NCBI GenBank assembly: GCA_903876875.1
Contig: CAIRBT010000130.1
Span: 9,431 to 73,430, forward strand
Direction of reading: 5' to 3'
From: an uncultured Geobacteraceae bacterium
GTDB lineage: Bacteria > Desulfobacterota > Desulfuromonadia > Geobacterales > Pseudopelobacteraceae
DNA length: 64,000 bases
Shown: positions 26,698-36,558 of the stretch, piece after piece
How the letters are laid out: every line of letters begins with the position of its first letter
How positions within the stretch are numbered: the stretch's first letter is position 1
Made by a program: the position numbers and the translations under genes
Notes under the pieces: model-generated
Database searches by the model: none
Told to the model about the DNA's origin: nothing
The model's input: only the letters and a program-made list of their open reading frames with translations

Positions 26698-27300
26698 ATG
26701 CCCAAACGGGGTAGTAGTGAAAGTCCGCAACGGAGCTGCCTTGGCTGCAGAACCGGCAACGATAAAGGGCTGTTGTTGCGTTTTGTTTTAACGCCTGACC
26801 AGCAGGTGCTGCCGGATCTGGAGCACAAACTTCCGGGTAGAGGTGCTTATACCTGCTGTAACAGGCAGTGCGTGACTAAGGCAATTGAGCAGCGTCAGTT
26901 TAAACGCTCTTTCAAGCATGATGTCGTGGTGCTTCCTGCGGAAGAGATGGTTGACCATATACGTCGCCAACTATTCGGGAAGATCATCGGGCTCATAGGT
27001 CTTGCCAATAAAGCCGGAGTAATAACCGGTGGCGGTGACATGGTGACTGAAGCGGTAAAGAGTAAACGGAAACCGGCATTGGTACTTATTGCTACTGATG
27101 TTTCAGAGGCTATAGGGCAGAAGCTGAGCCATGTTGCAGAAGCTCAGCATGTTCAGTGCCGGGTAGTCGCAACTAAAGATGATTTCGGAGCTATTCTGGG
27201 GAAAGCACCCAGAAGCGCGCTCGCCGTTGCTTCAGGCGGTTTTGTTGCGCAACTTGTGAAAGCGATTGACAGATACAGAAACTTCCTGGGGGAGGTATAA
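26698..27300 (+). CDS. YlxR (DUF448/RnpM)-L7Ae (YlxQ-like) fusion protein
   Basis: The N-terminal half ([18 protein letters not shown]...LPGRGAYTC) is YlxR-like. The C-terminal half ([37 protein letters not shown]...) is L7Ae/YlxQ-like. It is one uninterrupted frame. Confidence 0.8.
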   Translation: MPKRGSSESPQRSCLGCRTGNDKGLLLRFVLTPDQQVLPDLEHKLPGRGAYTCCNRQCVTKAIEQRQFKRSFKHDVVVLPAEEMVDHIRRQLFGKIIGLIGLANKAGVITGGGDMVTEAVKSKRKPALVLIATDVSEAIGQKLSHVAEAQHVQCRVVATKDDFGAILGKAPRSALAVASGGFVAQLVKAIDRYRNFLGEV

Positions 27301-27305
27301 AGGAT

Positions 27306-30197
27306 ATGGGTAAAATTAGTGTAGGTAGCTTGGCAAAATTGATGGGTGTTGAACCCCGAGATGCCATTGCCAGACTCAAGGAATTCGGTGTTGACGCAAA
27401 GACGGCCACTTCTCAGGTTGATGAGAATCTCGTCGCGCGGTTGACCGCTCCCCAGGTTAAAGAAAACGGTACCAGTGAAATCAGGGTCGCTTCTAATATT
27501 ATCCGGCGTCGTGCCAAGGCGGTTACCGCTGCAGAGGGTGAAGAAGCTGAACATATTGTTGAAGTGGCAGCTCCGGCACCACCGGTTGAACTTAAACCCC
27601 AGCCACCGGTTGAGCCGGTTGTCGTTGCGCCACCGGTTGTTACTGCACCGGTTGAAATGTCAAAATGTCGTGTTATTGAGGCCGCTCCGGTCAAACTCCC
27701 CGTGCCACCGGTTGTTGAGATAAAGGCACCGGAGAAGAAAATCGCGCAGGCGCCTGCTCAAGTAGTTGAAGCGGCTGTCGTAGCCGAGCCGGTTACTCGT
27801 CTTGAACCTGTTGTACCCGTAGAGCCGGTGAAAGCAGCTGAACCGGCCAAGGTGGCTGAGCCGGTCAAACAGCCTGAACAGGTTAAGCCCGGTCCTAACC
27901 AGGCGCGGATTCTCGGCATGATGGAGATTCCCGGCGTTACTAACCGTCCGACCCGAGTCGTCACCAAAGAGTCTCCGGTTGTGCCCCGTCCCCAGTCAGC
28001 GCGTCCGCCTCAGGACCCTTCGCAGCAGCGTCGTCCGGCACCGGCTGCCGGTGACCAGCGTCGCCCGGCACCTTCATCAACCGACAACCGTCGCCCCGCT
28101 TCCGGTGGTGGTTACGAGCAGAAACGTCCCGTTTCCACGGCACCTGCCGCACCAGCTGTTGAGCTTGATCGCTCGCGGATGAAGCAGGTACAGCTTGCTC
28201 CCGCCGCTCTTCCCGGTGCCGATAACCGTCGTGCCGGTAAAAAGGATGGTCAGGGATACGCCGATGCGGGCAAAAACGGCAAGAAGGGTGCTCCGGCTGC
28301 TAAAAAGAAGGAATTGCCACGTAAGAATGAAATCATTGAAAAACGTGAACGTGCCTTTGATCCGGTCTACAAAGGATCTAAGAAACGTGGTGGTAAGGAG
28401 CGGGTTGCCGAAACCAGAAAAACAGAAATCACCGTACCGAAGGCCATCAAGCGTATCATTAAAATATCTGAGAGTATTTCCGTTGGTGAGCTTGCCAAAC
28501 GTCTTGGTATCAAAGCAAATGATCTCATTAAATCGCTCATGAAAATGGGCATGATGGTCACCATCAATCATCAGCTTGATTATGATACGGCGGCGATTCT
28601 GGCTTCCGAGTACGAGTATGAAATTGAAAACGTGGCGGTTGACCTGGACGAAATTCTTGAGTCCACGGTCGATGCTCCCGAAACACTTGAGAAGAGACCA
28701 CCGGTTGTTACCATCATGGGTCACGTTGACCATGGTAAAACCTCTCTGCTTGATGCGATTCGTGAAGCCAACGTTATTGCGGGCGAAGCCGGTGGTATCA
28801 CCCAGCATATCGGTGCCTATGATGTTGAATTAAATGGCCGCAAAATCACCTTCCTCGATACACCGGGTCATGAGGCGTTTACCGCCATGCGTGCCCGTGG
28901 TGCCAAGGTTACTGACATCGTGGTACTTGTGGTGGCTGCCGATGACGGTGTCATGCCGCAGACCAAGGAAGCCATCAATCACTCCAAGGCTGCCGGTGTA
29001 CCGATTATTGTTGCTATCAACAAAATCGACAAGCCTGGTTCCAAGCCTGAGCGTGTCAAACAGGAGCTGACTGAGCAGGGACTGGTCTCTTCTGAATGGG
29101 GTGGCGACGTCACCATGGTGGAGGTTTCTGCCAAACAGCGCCTGAATCTTGACGGTCTGCTGGAGATGATCCTGTTGCAGGCAGACCTGATGGAGTTGAC
29201 TGCTAACCCCAATAAACTTGCCAAAGGTACCATTGTTGAAGGTAAACTTGACAAAGGGCGCGGCCCGGTTGCCACCGTACTGGTACAGGAAGGCACCGTA
29301 AAAACCGGCGATTATTGTGTGGTTGGTGTCCATTCCGGTCGTGTCAGAGCCATGCAGAATGACCGTGGTGAAAAGGTTTCTGAAGCTGGCCCCTCAATGC
29401 CGGTCGAGTTGGTTGGTCTGTCCGGTGTACCCGATGCCGGTGACATTTTTGTCGCCATGAAGGATGAGCGTCAGGCCAAGGAAATTGCCACCCTGCGTCA
29501 GATTAAGCAGCGTGAAGTTGAATTCGCCAAGCATACCAAACTGTCTCTGGATGATCTCTACAAACGTATCCAGAGCGGCGAAGTTAAAGATCTTAATGTT
29601 GTGGTCAAAGGTGACGTACAGGGTTCCGTCGAGGCGGTCAGTGCCTCCTTGAGAAAACTTTCCACCGATGCCGTCCGTTTGAATGTTATTCATTACGCCG
29701 TTGGTGCTGTTACCGAAACTGACGTCAATCTTGCTGCCGCCTCCAACGCCATTATCATCGGCTTTAATGTGCGTCCTGAAGTTAAAGCCCAGGCCCATGC
29801 CGAGCGGGAAGGGGTTGATATCCGTCTCTACAGCATTATCTACGATGCGGTTGAAGATGTGAAAAAAGCCATGGAAGGCCTCTTATCACCGACCTTCAAA
29901 GAGAAATTCCTCGGTCGTGTGGAAATTCGTGATGTCTTTACCGTGCCGAAGGTTGGTAACGTGGCCGGTTGTTATGTCCTTGACGGCAAAATGGTGCGTA
30001 ACGCCCAGGTCAGGCTGCTGCGTGATAATGTGGTTATTTACGAAGGTAAAATGTCATCACTGCGTCGCTTTAAAGATGATGTCAAAGAAGTTGCCACCTC
30101 CTACGAATGCGGTATCGGTCTGGAAAATTATAACGACATCAAGATTACTGATATTATCGAAGCATTTGAAATGGAAAAAATTGCCGGTAAACTGTAA
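27306..30197 (+). CDS. infB: Translation initiation factor IF-2
   Basis: G-domain [24 protein letters not shown]. Long Pro/Val/Glu/Ala-rich N-terminal region. Confidence 0.97.
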   Translation: MGKISVGSLAKLMGVEPRDAIARLKEFGVDAKTATSQVDENLVARLTAPQVKENGTSEIRVASNIIRRRAKAVTAAEGEEAEHIVEVAAPAPPVELKPQPPVEPVVVAPPVVTAPVEMSKCRVIEAAPVKLPVPPVVEIKAPEKKIAQAPAQVVEAAVVAEPVTRLEPVVPVEPVKAAEPAKVAEPVKQPEQVKPGPNQARILGMMEIPGVTNRPTRVVTKESPVVPRPQSARPPQDPSQQRRPAPAAGDQRRPAPSSTDNRRPASGGGYEQKRPVSTAPAAPAVELDRSRMKQVQLAPAALPGADNRRAGKKDGQGYADAGKNGKKGAPAAKKKELPRKNEIIEKRERAFDPVYKGSKKRGGKERVAETRKTEITVPKAIKRIIKISESISVGELAKRLGIKANDLIKSLMKMGMMVTINHQLDYDTAAILASEYEYEIENVAVDLDEILESTVDAPETLEKRPPVVTIMGHVDHGKTSLLDAIREANVIAGEAGGITQHIGAYDVELNGRKITFLDTPGHEAFTAMRARGAKVTDIVVLVVAADDGVMPQTKEAINHSKAAGVPIIVAINKIDKPGSKPERVKQELTEQGLVSSEWGGDVTMVEVSAKQRLNLDGLLEMILLQADLMELTANPNKLAKGTIVEGKLDKGRGPVATVLVQEGTVKTGDYCVVGVHSGRVRAMQNDRGEKVSEAGPSMPVELVGLSGVPDAGDIFVAMKDERQAKEIATLRQIKQREVEFAKHTKLSLDDLYKRIQSGEVKDLNVVVKGDVQGSVEAVSASLRKLSTDAVRLNVIHYAVGAVTETDVNLAAASNAIIIGFNVRPEVKAQAHAEREGVDIRLYSIIYDAVEDVKKAMEGLLSPTFKEKFLGRVEIRDVFTVPKVGNVAGCYVLDGKMVRNAQVRLLRDNVVIYEGKMSSLRRFKDDVKEVATSYECGIGLENYNDIKITDIIEAFEMEKIAGKL

Positions 30198-30232
30198 GTG
30201 TACCACAAACCGTACAACACAAAGGTCACGCC

Positions 30233-30604
30233 ATGCAGCATAAACGTTCTGATAAAGTAGCTGAAACCATACATGAAATTATTTGCAGTATCCTGTCGCG
30301 GGGTCTTAATGACCCCCGCATAGGCTTTGTCACCATCACCGGTGTTGAGGTGACCGATGACTTGAGTCTGGCCAAGATTTTTTTCACCGTTATTGGTGAT
30401 GACAAGGCAAAGAAGGATTCTGAGGCTGGATTAAACAGTGCCAAAGGGTTCATTCGCCGTGATATTGGCAAAAAACTCACCATCAGGCATACCCCGGAAC
30501 TTATCTTTAAATATGATACCTCCCTTGATTACGGCAGTCGGATAGAATCTCTTCTTAAGGAGATACACACTGAACATGACGGAAACAATCCAGAAGATAA
30601 CTGA
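30233..30604 (+). CDS. rbfA: Ribosome-binding factor A
   Basis: R..KV...I...I.......DPRIGFVTITGVEVTDDLSLAKIFF pattern. Position after infB. Confidence 0.93.
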   Translation: MQHKRSDKVAETIHEIICSILSRGLNDPRIGFVTITGVEVTDDLSLAKIFFTVIGDDKAKKDSEAGLNSAKGFIRRDIGKKLTIRHTPELIFKYDTSLDYGSRIESLLKEIHTEHDGNNPEDN

Positions 30605-31535
30605 AGTCATTCGTACCAACAATTCATTTCTGCTTACTACCCATGAGGGACCCGATGGTGATGCCATCGGCTCTTCCCTTGCTCTGGCTTCTTTTCTCCG
30701 TGCCATCGGGAAAGAGGTAACCGTTCATTATCAGGACCCGGTGCCGGAACTGTACTCCTTTCTACCGGGTGCTGACACCGTTTTTTCCCACATTCCGGAA
30801 CGTCACTACGATGTAGCCTGTGTGCTGGATATTGGTGAGCGGAAGCGGGCAGGCAGTCAATTCTGTAATTTTACCAACGTCGGCACCACCATAAATCTGG
30901 ATCATCACCTTACCTGTGAAAACTTCGGTGATCTTAATCTGATTGATTCCACCGCTGCTGCCACCGGACTGCTCGTCTATCGTGTCGCCGCTGCCTATGG
31001 CTTTGCTTTCGATGTGAATACTGCCCTCTGCATCTACGTGGCGGTCATCACCGATACCGGCTCGTTCCGTTATTCCAATGCCAATCGGGAAGCCTTTACT
31101 GTAGCCGGTGAAATGATTGAGTGTGGTATAAATGCGTGGGATGTTGCTGAAAAACTCTATGAAAATCAGCCCCAGCGTCGACTTGAACTATTGGCAAAAT
31201 GTCTGCCGACGCTGGAAGTTTTTAAAGAGGGGCTGGCCGCGTCCGTAACTGTTACCCTCGATATGTATGCTGCCTGCGGGGGGGATGCGGAACTGACCGA
31301 TGGGTTTGTTAATTATCCCCGTTCCATTCGTGGGGTAGAGGTAGCAATCTTCTTCCGGCAACTTTCGGAACAGAAATTTAAAGTTGGTTTCCGTTCCAAG
31401 GGGAAGGTTAACGTAGCGACCTTTTCAGCCGCCCTCGGTGGCGGTGGCCACCACAACGCTGCCGGTTGCACCGTTGACGGTTCACTTGCAGAGGTCAAAG
31501 CTCTGGTGTATGGCATCGTGGAAGCATCTCTTTGA
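30576..31535 (+). CDS. nrnA: DHH/DHHA1 phosphoesterase (NrnA-type oligoribonuclease/pAp phosphatase)
   Basis: HEGPDGDAIGS, the DHH motif (NLDHH) and GGGGHHNAAG (DHHA1). Confidence 0.88.
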   Translation: MTETIQKITEVIRTNNSFLLTTHEGPDGDAIGSSLALASFLRAIGKEVTVHYQDPVPELYSFLPGADTVFSHIPERHYDVACVLDIGERKRAGSQFCNFTNVGTTINLDHHLTCENFGDLNLIDSTAAATGLLVYRVAAAYGFAFDVNTALCIYVAVITDTGSFRYSNANREAFTVAGEMIECGINAWDVAEKLYENQPQRRLELLAKCLPTLEVFKEGLAASVTVTLDMYAACGGDAELTDGFVNYPRSIRGVEVAIFFRQLSEQKFKVGFRSKGKVNVATFSAALGGGGHHNAAGCTVDGSLAEVKALVYGIVEASL

Positions 31536-32440
31536 TTCACGGTTTCATAATCATCGACAAACCGACCGGAATTACCTCCCACGATGTGGTGAGCAGGGTA
31601 CGGCGCATTGTCGGCACCCGCAAGGTTGGCCATACCGGGACTTTAGATCCCTTTGCCACCGGAGTGTTGCCGGTGGCGGTCAATGACGGTACAAAGGCTA
31701 TTCCGTTTCTCGATGAGGGGAGTAAATGCTATGAAGCGGTTATGCAGTTGGGGGTGGCAACCGATACCCTCGATATGACCGGTACCATACTCCGTGAAAC
31801 TGATTGTAATCAAGTCACCCTCCAGCAGCTTCAGGAGGCCTGCCAGCACTTTACCGGTGCCATTCTGCAAATTCCCCCCATGTATTCTGCCATTAAGCAG
31901 GGGGGGCAGCCGCTTTACAAGCTAGCCCGTCAGGGGGTAGAAGTTGAGCGGGCACCGCGCCCCGTCCAGATTCACTCAATTGAAATCCTCGCTTTTACCA
32001 CCCCCTTGGTAACTCTGCGGGTACACTGTTCACGTGGCACCTACGTGCGAACCCTTGCCGATGACATTGGTACCGCTCTTGACACCGGTGCCGCCCTCAA
32101 GGAGCTACGGCGCATCGCCAGTGGCCCTTTTCATCTTTCTGCTGCCTGCACTCTTGGTGAACTTGAAGCGGCCGCAGCTTCCGGTACCTTGGCAGAGCAT
32201 TGTCTCTCTCCACTGCAGGTCTTGTCCCACTTAAACCAGTTAGAGCTTTCCGAAGCGGGCTTGAAAAAAGTATCCTTTGGTCGGTCGCCATTGGCTGAAG
32301 ATGTCTCTGACGGAACGATTCCCGAGTCGGAGCGGGCTTTGGTGCGGCTCTCCCGCTCTGGTTCCCTGGTTGCCGTTGCCGAAGTAGCGACGGGGAGTGA
32401 AGCGGGGACAAGTTTTAAATTAAAACGGGTATTTGTGTAA
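31532..32440 (+). CDS. truB: tRNA pseudouridine(55) synthase
   Basis: G.IIIDKPTGITSHD and GHTGTLDP (catalytic Asp). TTG start overlapping the nrnA stop. Confidence 0.93.
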   Translation: MIHGFIIIDKPTGITSHDVVSRVRRIVGTRKVGHTGTLDPFATGVLPVAVNDGTKAIPFLDEGSKCYEAVMQLGVATDTLDMTGTILRETDCNQVTLQQLQEACQHFTGAILQIPPMYSAIKQGGQPLYKLARQGVEVERAPRPVQIHSIEILAFTTPLVTLRVHCSRGTYVRTLADDIGTALDTGAALKELRRIASGPFHLSAACTLGELEAAAASGTLAEHCLSPLQVLSHLNQLELSEAGLKKVSFGRSPLAEDVSDGTIPESERALVRLSRSGSLVAVAEVATGSEAGTSFKLKRVFV

Positions 32441-32458
32441 CAAAGCGGGAGGTGTGCC

Positions 32459-33046
32459 ATGTTGTTATGGAAAATATTTGTACTCTTCAGCCGGGTATCC
32501 CTGTTTTCCTGGGGGGGTGGGCCGGCGTCCCTGGCACTCATGCAGCGGGAGACCACGGCGGCACTCTGGGTGCCCCCCGGCAGTACGGAAGCTGTCGCCT
32601 GGACAACCCCTCTGGAATTTTCCGATGCCGTTGCTGTTGGTAATGCACTTCCCGGGCCTATTGCCCCACAGGTGTCGGCCTATATCGGCTACAAAATGGC
32701 CGGGGTAGGGGGTGCGGTCGCCGCTGCCGTCGGTACGGTACTGCCGACAACTCTGCTGATGCTGGTAATGGTGGTCTATTTTTTTAAAATTAAGGATAGC
32801 CAACTGGTGCAGTCCATGTTGAAGGCGGTACGTCCGGTGGTGGTCGGTTTACTGCTCTGGACAGCCTATGATATGGCCTACAGTGTTTTTGGGGTTAAAC
32901 AGAACGGGTGGGGTACGTCAATGACCATGGGGTGGGACAAGCTACTCTTGGTCATGGTCAGCCTGCTGCTGCTGACCATGACCAAAATTAATCCGGCCCT
33001 TATTATTCTTGGTACCGCCTGCATCGGCGGAGTTGTCTATCGGTAA
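32459..33046 (+). CDS. Chromate-transporter (CHR) family half-size membrane protein
   Basis: GGGAGG ribosome-binding site. SLFSWGGGPASLALMQRE and GNALPGPIAPQV motifs. About five TM helices. There is only a single half-size gene here. Confidence 0.75.
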   Translation: MLLWKIFVLFSRVSLFSWGGGPASLALMQRETTAALWVPPGSTEAVAWTTPLEFSDAVAVGNALPGPIAPQVSAYIGYKMAGVGGAVAAAVGTVLPTTLLMLVMVVYFFKIKDSQLVQSMLKAVRPVVVGLLLWTAYDMAYSVFGVKQNGWGTSMTMGWDKLLLVMVSLLLLTMTKINPALIILGTACIGGVVYR

Positions 33047-33048
33047 AG

Positions 33049-34368
33049 CTACAGCACCACATCAACTTCATTTTCAATAATCTGCTGTAAGGTCTGTTTC
33101 TTCCGGATCAGTACGAATTCACCTGTACGCATTTTCATAATAGCGGCAGGTTTCCGGTGTGAATTGTAGTTTTCCGGTGACATACTCTCAGAATAGGCAC
33201 CGGTGCCGCCGATAACCACATAATCACCGATTTCCGGTTCGGCGATCAGTACCGGTACGATATTTCCATCACCATCCAGACGCACCGAATCGCCACTTTC
33301 ACAGCATCTGCCGACGATACCATACGGTTTTGTACCGGTGGCCGGAATCTGGTCATATTCACTGGACAGTAGGGTGCCATCCTGACGGATGATGGTCACC
33401 GGATGTTCGGAGCCGTAGAGCAGCGGTCTGGTTAACAGCTCCATACCACCGTCAACGATGAGAAAGTTCATTTCATTGGTCAGTTTCTTGTCGATAATCC
33501 GGGTAATGATGTGCCCCGAATTGGCGACGACAAAGGTACCCGGCTCAATTTCCATCTTCAGTTCCCGTCCGGTTGCCTCTTTGAACTCTGCGATACGCCG
33601 GGCCGCATAGGCACCCAGAGCGGCGATATCCGCCTGTTTTTCTCCCGACATGCGGGCCACCTTGAGGCCACCACCAAAACTCACTCTGACCGCATCGGGA
33701 AACAGATCCCGCACAAAGCCCAGTTCCCGGTCAATGTTTTCCCGCCATTTCTCCGGATCTCCTCCCGAACCGATATGCACATGCACCTGGGTCAGGCGGA
33801 TGCCCATTTCATCTGCCAATTCCTTAACTGCCGGGACATCGTTGAGGTGGACGCCGAAACAGGAATACTCACTGCCGGTATCACGGGTCTGACTCTCTCC
33901 TCCTCCCGCCGCACCCGGATGTACCCGGATGGAGAGTTCGATGCCGGATTCTTTGGCAAAATCTGCAATCAAACGGAACTGGGTCAGGGAGCAGACATTA
34001 TATTTCAGGCCGGCACGGATCATCGTTTCTAACTCTTGTCGCTCTTCACCGGTGGGAACTTCCTGGGTTGTCAGCATCATGCGGGTATAGGGGATGCCGG
34101 CACTGTTAGCCCGTGCCGCTTCTGCCAGTGAAGAACAGTCCAGATCCAGTCCCTTACCGGTCACCACGCGCAGTACGGTGCGGTCAGAATTTGCCTTCAT
34201 GGCGTATCTGACGTGAAGGCCAAAGGGGTTGGGCATATTCAGCAGTTGGTCGCAACTGTTTTCGATGTACTGTTGGTCATGCAGGTAGAGGGGGGTTCCC
34301 CATTGTTGGGCAATCTCCGGGATACGTACTGCGTTAAATTTTGTTGGACCGAAACAATTTTCATTCAT
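33049..34368 (-). CDS. PLP-dependent Orn/DAP/Arg decarboxylase family 2 enzyme (diaminopimelate-decarboxylase-like)
   Basis: YAMKAN (PLP lysine), HIGSG, and CESGD near the C-terminus. The substrate cannot be assigned from sequence alone. Confidence 0.8.
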   Translation of the reverse strand: MNENCFGPTKFNAVRIPEIAQQWGTPLYLHDQQYIENSCDQLLNMPNPFGLHVRYAMKANSDRTVLRVVTGKGLDLDCSSLAEAARANSAGIPYTRMMLTTQEVPTGEERQELETMIRAGLKYNVCSLTQFRLIADFAKESGIELSIRVHPGAAGGGESQTRDTGSEYSCFGVHLNDVPAVKELADEMGIRLTQVHVHIGSGGDPEKWRENIDRELGFVRDLFPDAVRVSFGGGLKVARMSGEKQADIAALGAYAARRIAEFKEATGRELKMEIEPGTFVVANSGHIITRIIDKKLTNEMNFLIVDGGMELLTRPLLYGSEHPVTIIRQDGTLLSSEYDQIPATGTKPYGIVGRCCESGDSVRLDGDGNIVPVLIAEPEIGDYVVIGGTGAYSESMSPENYNSHRKPAAIMKMRTGEFVLIRKKQTLQQIIENEVDVVL

Positions 34369-34397
34369 GTAATAATCCTCACTTGTATGGTTTATTG

Positions 34398-34781
34398 TTA
34401 TTTTAACAGGTGACTTGCCAGAATTTTCTGCACGGCATAAATATCTAAATCCTTGTTAAATTTTTTCTCAATGGGGATGGTATCACTGCCAACCCAGATT
34501 TTTAACTCTGCGTTAAGGTCAAAAGCCGAGCCTGTTTGTACACTAAATTTGGTGATCTTGGTATAGGGCACGGATAAATACTCTAACTGGCGACCAGAAA
34601 TACCCTGGACATCGATAAAAATAAGTCGTTTACTGGTAAACAGCAGGGTGTCTCGCAGTACCGTAAAACCGGCATCAATCATTTCACCATCAATAAGCAA
34701 CTGTTTAAAATCGTTGTTGAACTTCTTAAGTTCGACCGATCCGCCACTGCGTGAATCTCCGGATCCGGAAAAAATACCCAT
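34398..34781 (-). CDS. Bacterial PH-domain protein (YokE/DUF1696-like)
   Basis: The start is at M36 (GGAGGA ribosome-binding site). LLIDGEMIDAGFTVLRDTLLFTSKRLIFIDVQG...VPYTKITKFSV pattern. Confidence 0.7.
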   Translation of the reverse strand: MGIFSGSGDSRSGGSVELKKFNNDFKQLLIDGEMIDAGFTVLRDTLLFTSKRLIFIDVQGISGRQLEYLSVPYTKITKFSVQTGSAFDLNAELKIWVGSDTIPIEKKFNKDLDIYAVQKILASHLLK

Positions 34782-34918
34782 ACTATCCTCCATGCCCCTC
34801 CGGGGCGAATAAATTGTTTTCTCCATGTATGTCCGGGGGAAAATTCCCCCAGCTACTATCCCTGTGCCCTCCGGGCAAAATAACAATACGAGATGGCTTG
34901 CTATCCGGTTGGATATGT

Positions 34919-36175
34919 TTAAAAATACGGGAGCAGCCCCGTTTCAATAGTTTCAAAGCGGGCAAGTCGCTCCGGTGGCACACCATTGATGATTGCTTGC
35001 CATTCCTTCTCAGTGAGGGGGAATTCGGGTGCCGATGGTCTGCGTTCCCGGTACAGTACTCGGCCGGTATCGAGAGTAATCTTCTCAAAGGGGTGGCGGT
35101 AGCCCGGATTCTGCAGCAGGGCCGCCTCACTGTACGAGACACCGGTTACCGTTCGGCTGCGCAGGTATCCGGCTTCGGTGACCTGCTCTCCATTTGGACA
35201 GACGGTCAGAGCTATTCTTCTTCTGGCTGCCGCGTGCTGGAAACGTCTCTTGTAGGGGAAGGAACAGTAATTGATCGGCAAAGCTATCTGCCGCTCCCGG
35301 GCAAAACGGAGCGTGCGTAGTGCCGTCAGTTCGGATTCAAGTACGGTGATCTTTTCCCCATGGATGAAGGTATACCCCCGCTCCACCAGGGGGCCGAAGT
35401 TATGGGGCGTCAGGCGCATCTGGTGCAGATTCAGATGGTTGACACCGGCATCGGCCATTTCAACAAGTTTCAGCCGCAGCAGCTGTTCATCGTCCGGCAC
35501 GGCCGGTATTTCCACGGTCACCACCGGGAGTATGCCGACGGCAAGCCGTAATTTTTTCAGGTTATAGCGAACCGCACCGATGTCAAAGCGGATTTCGTTT
35601 AATCCGGCATCCCGCAGACGCAGGCAGAGTTCCGTAGTCAGCAGGGTACCGTTGGTGTAGAGCCAGATATGGACGTCATCGCCGCAGCGTGACCTGACTG
35701 CAGTGATATAGGCAAGCGTCAGCTCAGGGGTTAGGAGTGGCTCACCGCCACTGATACTGACACCGCTGAAGTTAAAGGTCGCCACATAGGCGGCGTAATC
35801 GGCCGGTGAAGTAAAGGCCAGGCCGTTGGTGACCGGGGGGCCGTTGTCATCCTGGGGGGTGGGGCAGTAAAAACAACGACCATTACAGTGACCATTGATA
35901 AAGAGGCAGGACCAGCCACCGGCACCGCAGTGACGGCAACCGGGTGACAGACCGTTACAATCAACCTTGGTACCGGCATAGCCAAGCTGCGCCTGCCGTG
36001 AGAGCCATTGCAAGAGCTCTTCCCGTTCAAGCCCGGCTGCTTGTACGACCTCGTCAGAAGCAAAATCAAGAAGGTCATACAGACGGCCATATTCACGGCT
36101 ATTTGCATCGATAAGCTGCTGTCTGCGGGCTTCTGAAAGGTGTGGCGGTTGCCAGGTTGGTGGGGTGCTCGGCAC
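34919..36175 (-). CDS. Radical SAM protein (PFL-activase-like core with extra N-terminal Cys cluster and long C-terminal extension)
   Basis: FINGHCNGRCFYCPTP contains CxxxCxxC. It is preceded by CRHCGAGGWSC. GGEPLL glycine-rich SAM motif. 418 aa, GTG start. Confidence 0.8.
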   Translation of the reverse strand: MPSTPPTWQPPHLSEARRQQLIDANSREYGRLYDLLDFASDEVVQAAGLEREELLQWLSRQAQLGYAGTKVDCNGLSPGCRHCGAGGWSCLFINGHCNGRCFYCPTPQDDNGPPVTNGLAFTSPADYAAYVATFNFSGVSISGGEPLLTPELTLAYITAVRSRCGDDVHIWLYTNGTLLTTELCLRLRDAGLNEIRFDIGAVRYNLKKLRLAVGILPVVTVEIPAVPDDEQLLRLKLVEMADAGVNHLNLHQMRLTPHNFGPLVERGYTFIHGEKITVLESELTALRTLRFARERQIALPINYCSFPYKRRFQHAAARRRIALTVCPNGEQVTEAGYLRSRTVTGVSYSEAALLQNPGYRHPFEKITLDTGRVLYRERRPSAPEFPLTEKEWQAIINGVPPERLARFETIETGLLPYF

Positions 36176-36357
36176 GATATTTCCTTACTCATTGATAATT
36201 AACACTCAATCAACGCCTCATAATACCTGCCATGAAACAATATGTCGAGTATGTTTCTACCAATGTGTTTTTTTACCGATGATTCGTCACAACTTGGCGC
36301 AGCGTATCTTATTTGATGTTGTTAATTATACACAGTTTTTTACGCGTGCAGCAATAA

Positions 36358-36387
36358 TTCGTAGAAAAGAAACATTATTTCGTAGAA
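36358..36387. promoter_or_regulatory. Direct repeat TTCGTAGAA x2 (21-bp phasing) in the divergent control region
   Basis: TTCGTAGAA occurs at 36358-36366 and 36379-36387, inside a 383-bp AT-rich intergenic region. Confidence 0.35.
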
Positions 36388-36449
36388 GTTTAGTGGTGAC
36401 TCTATCGGCGCATTGGGTTATTTTATGAATAATATTTTAAAGAAATGTC

Positions 36450-36478
36450 TTGCAAGTTTTTTTTAGTTATCAGATTAT
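36450..36478 (+). promoter_or_regulatory. Candidate sigma-70 promoter for the giant gene
   Basis: TTGCAA (36450-36455), a 17-nt spacer, then GATTAT (36473-36478), about 80 nt upstream of ATG 36559. Confidence 0.3.
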
Positions 36479-36558
36479 AAATTATTTGTATTATATTTGC
36501 AGTAGTATATTTATTTAAACCTGTTTAAAAGCATACACTTATGTTCTGGAGGAACTTA

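Noticed and set aside
27560-28160. Repetitive CCACCGGTTG / GAGCCGGT DNA that looks like a tandem repeat.
   Set aside because: It is the low-complexity Pro/Val/Glu/Ala-rich N-terminal region of IF-2, which is common in infB. It is not an independent element.
28077-28808. 243-aa ORF antisense to infB. There are also many 60-170-aa antisense or out-of-frame ORFs across infB, nrdJ, the kinase gene and the giant gene.
   Set aside because: All are nested in or opposite strongly supported genes, and all lack motifs and ribosome-binding sites.
32459-33046. Possible pseudogene or truncated chrA, because only one half-size CHR gene is present.
   Set aside because: The frame is intact, with a good ribosome-binding site and a full set of TM helices. 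Single short-chain CHR genes occur, so there is no evidence of decay.
36165-36428. 87-aa plus-strand ORF inside the AT-rich divergent control region.
   Set aside because: It starts inside the radical-SAM gene's 5' end. It has no ribosome-binding site and its composition is driven by AT-rich DNA. It is most likely non-coding promoter DNA.
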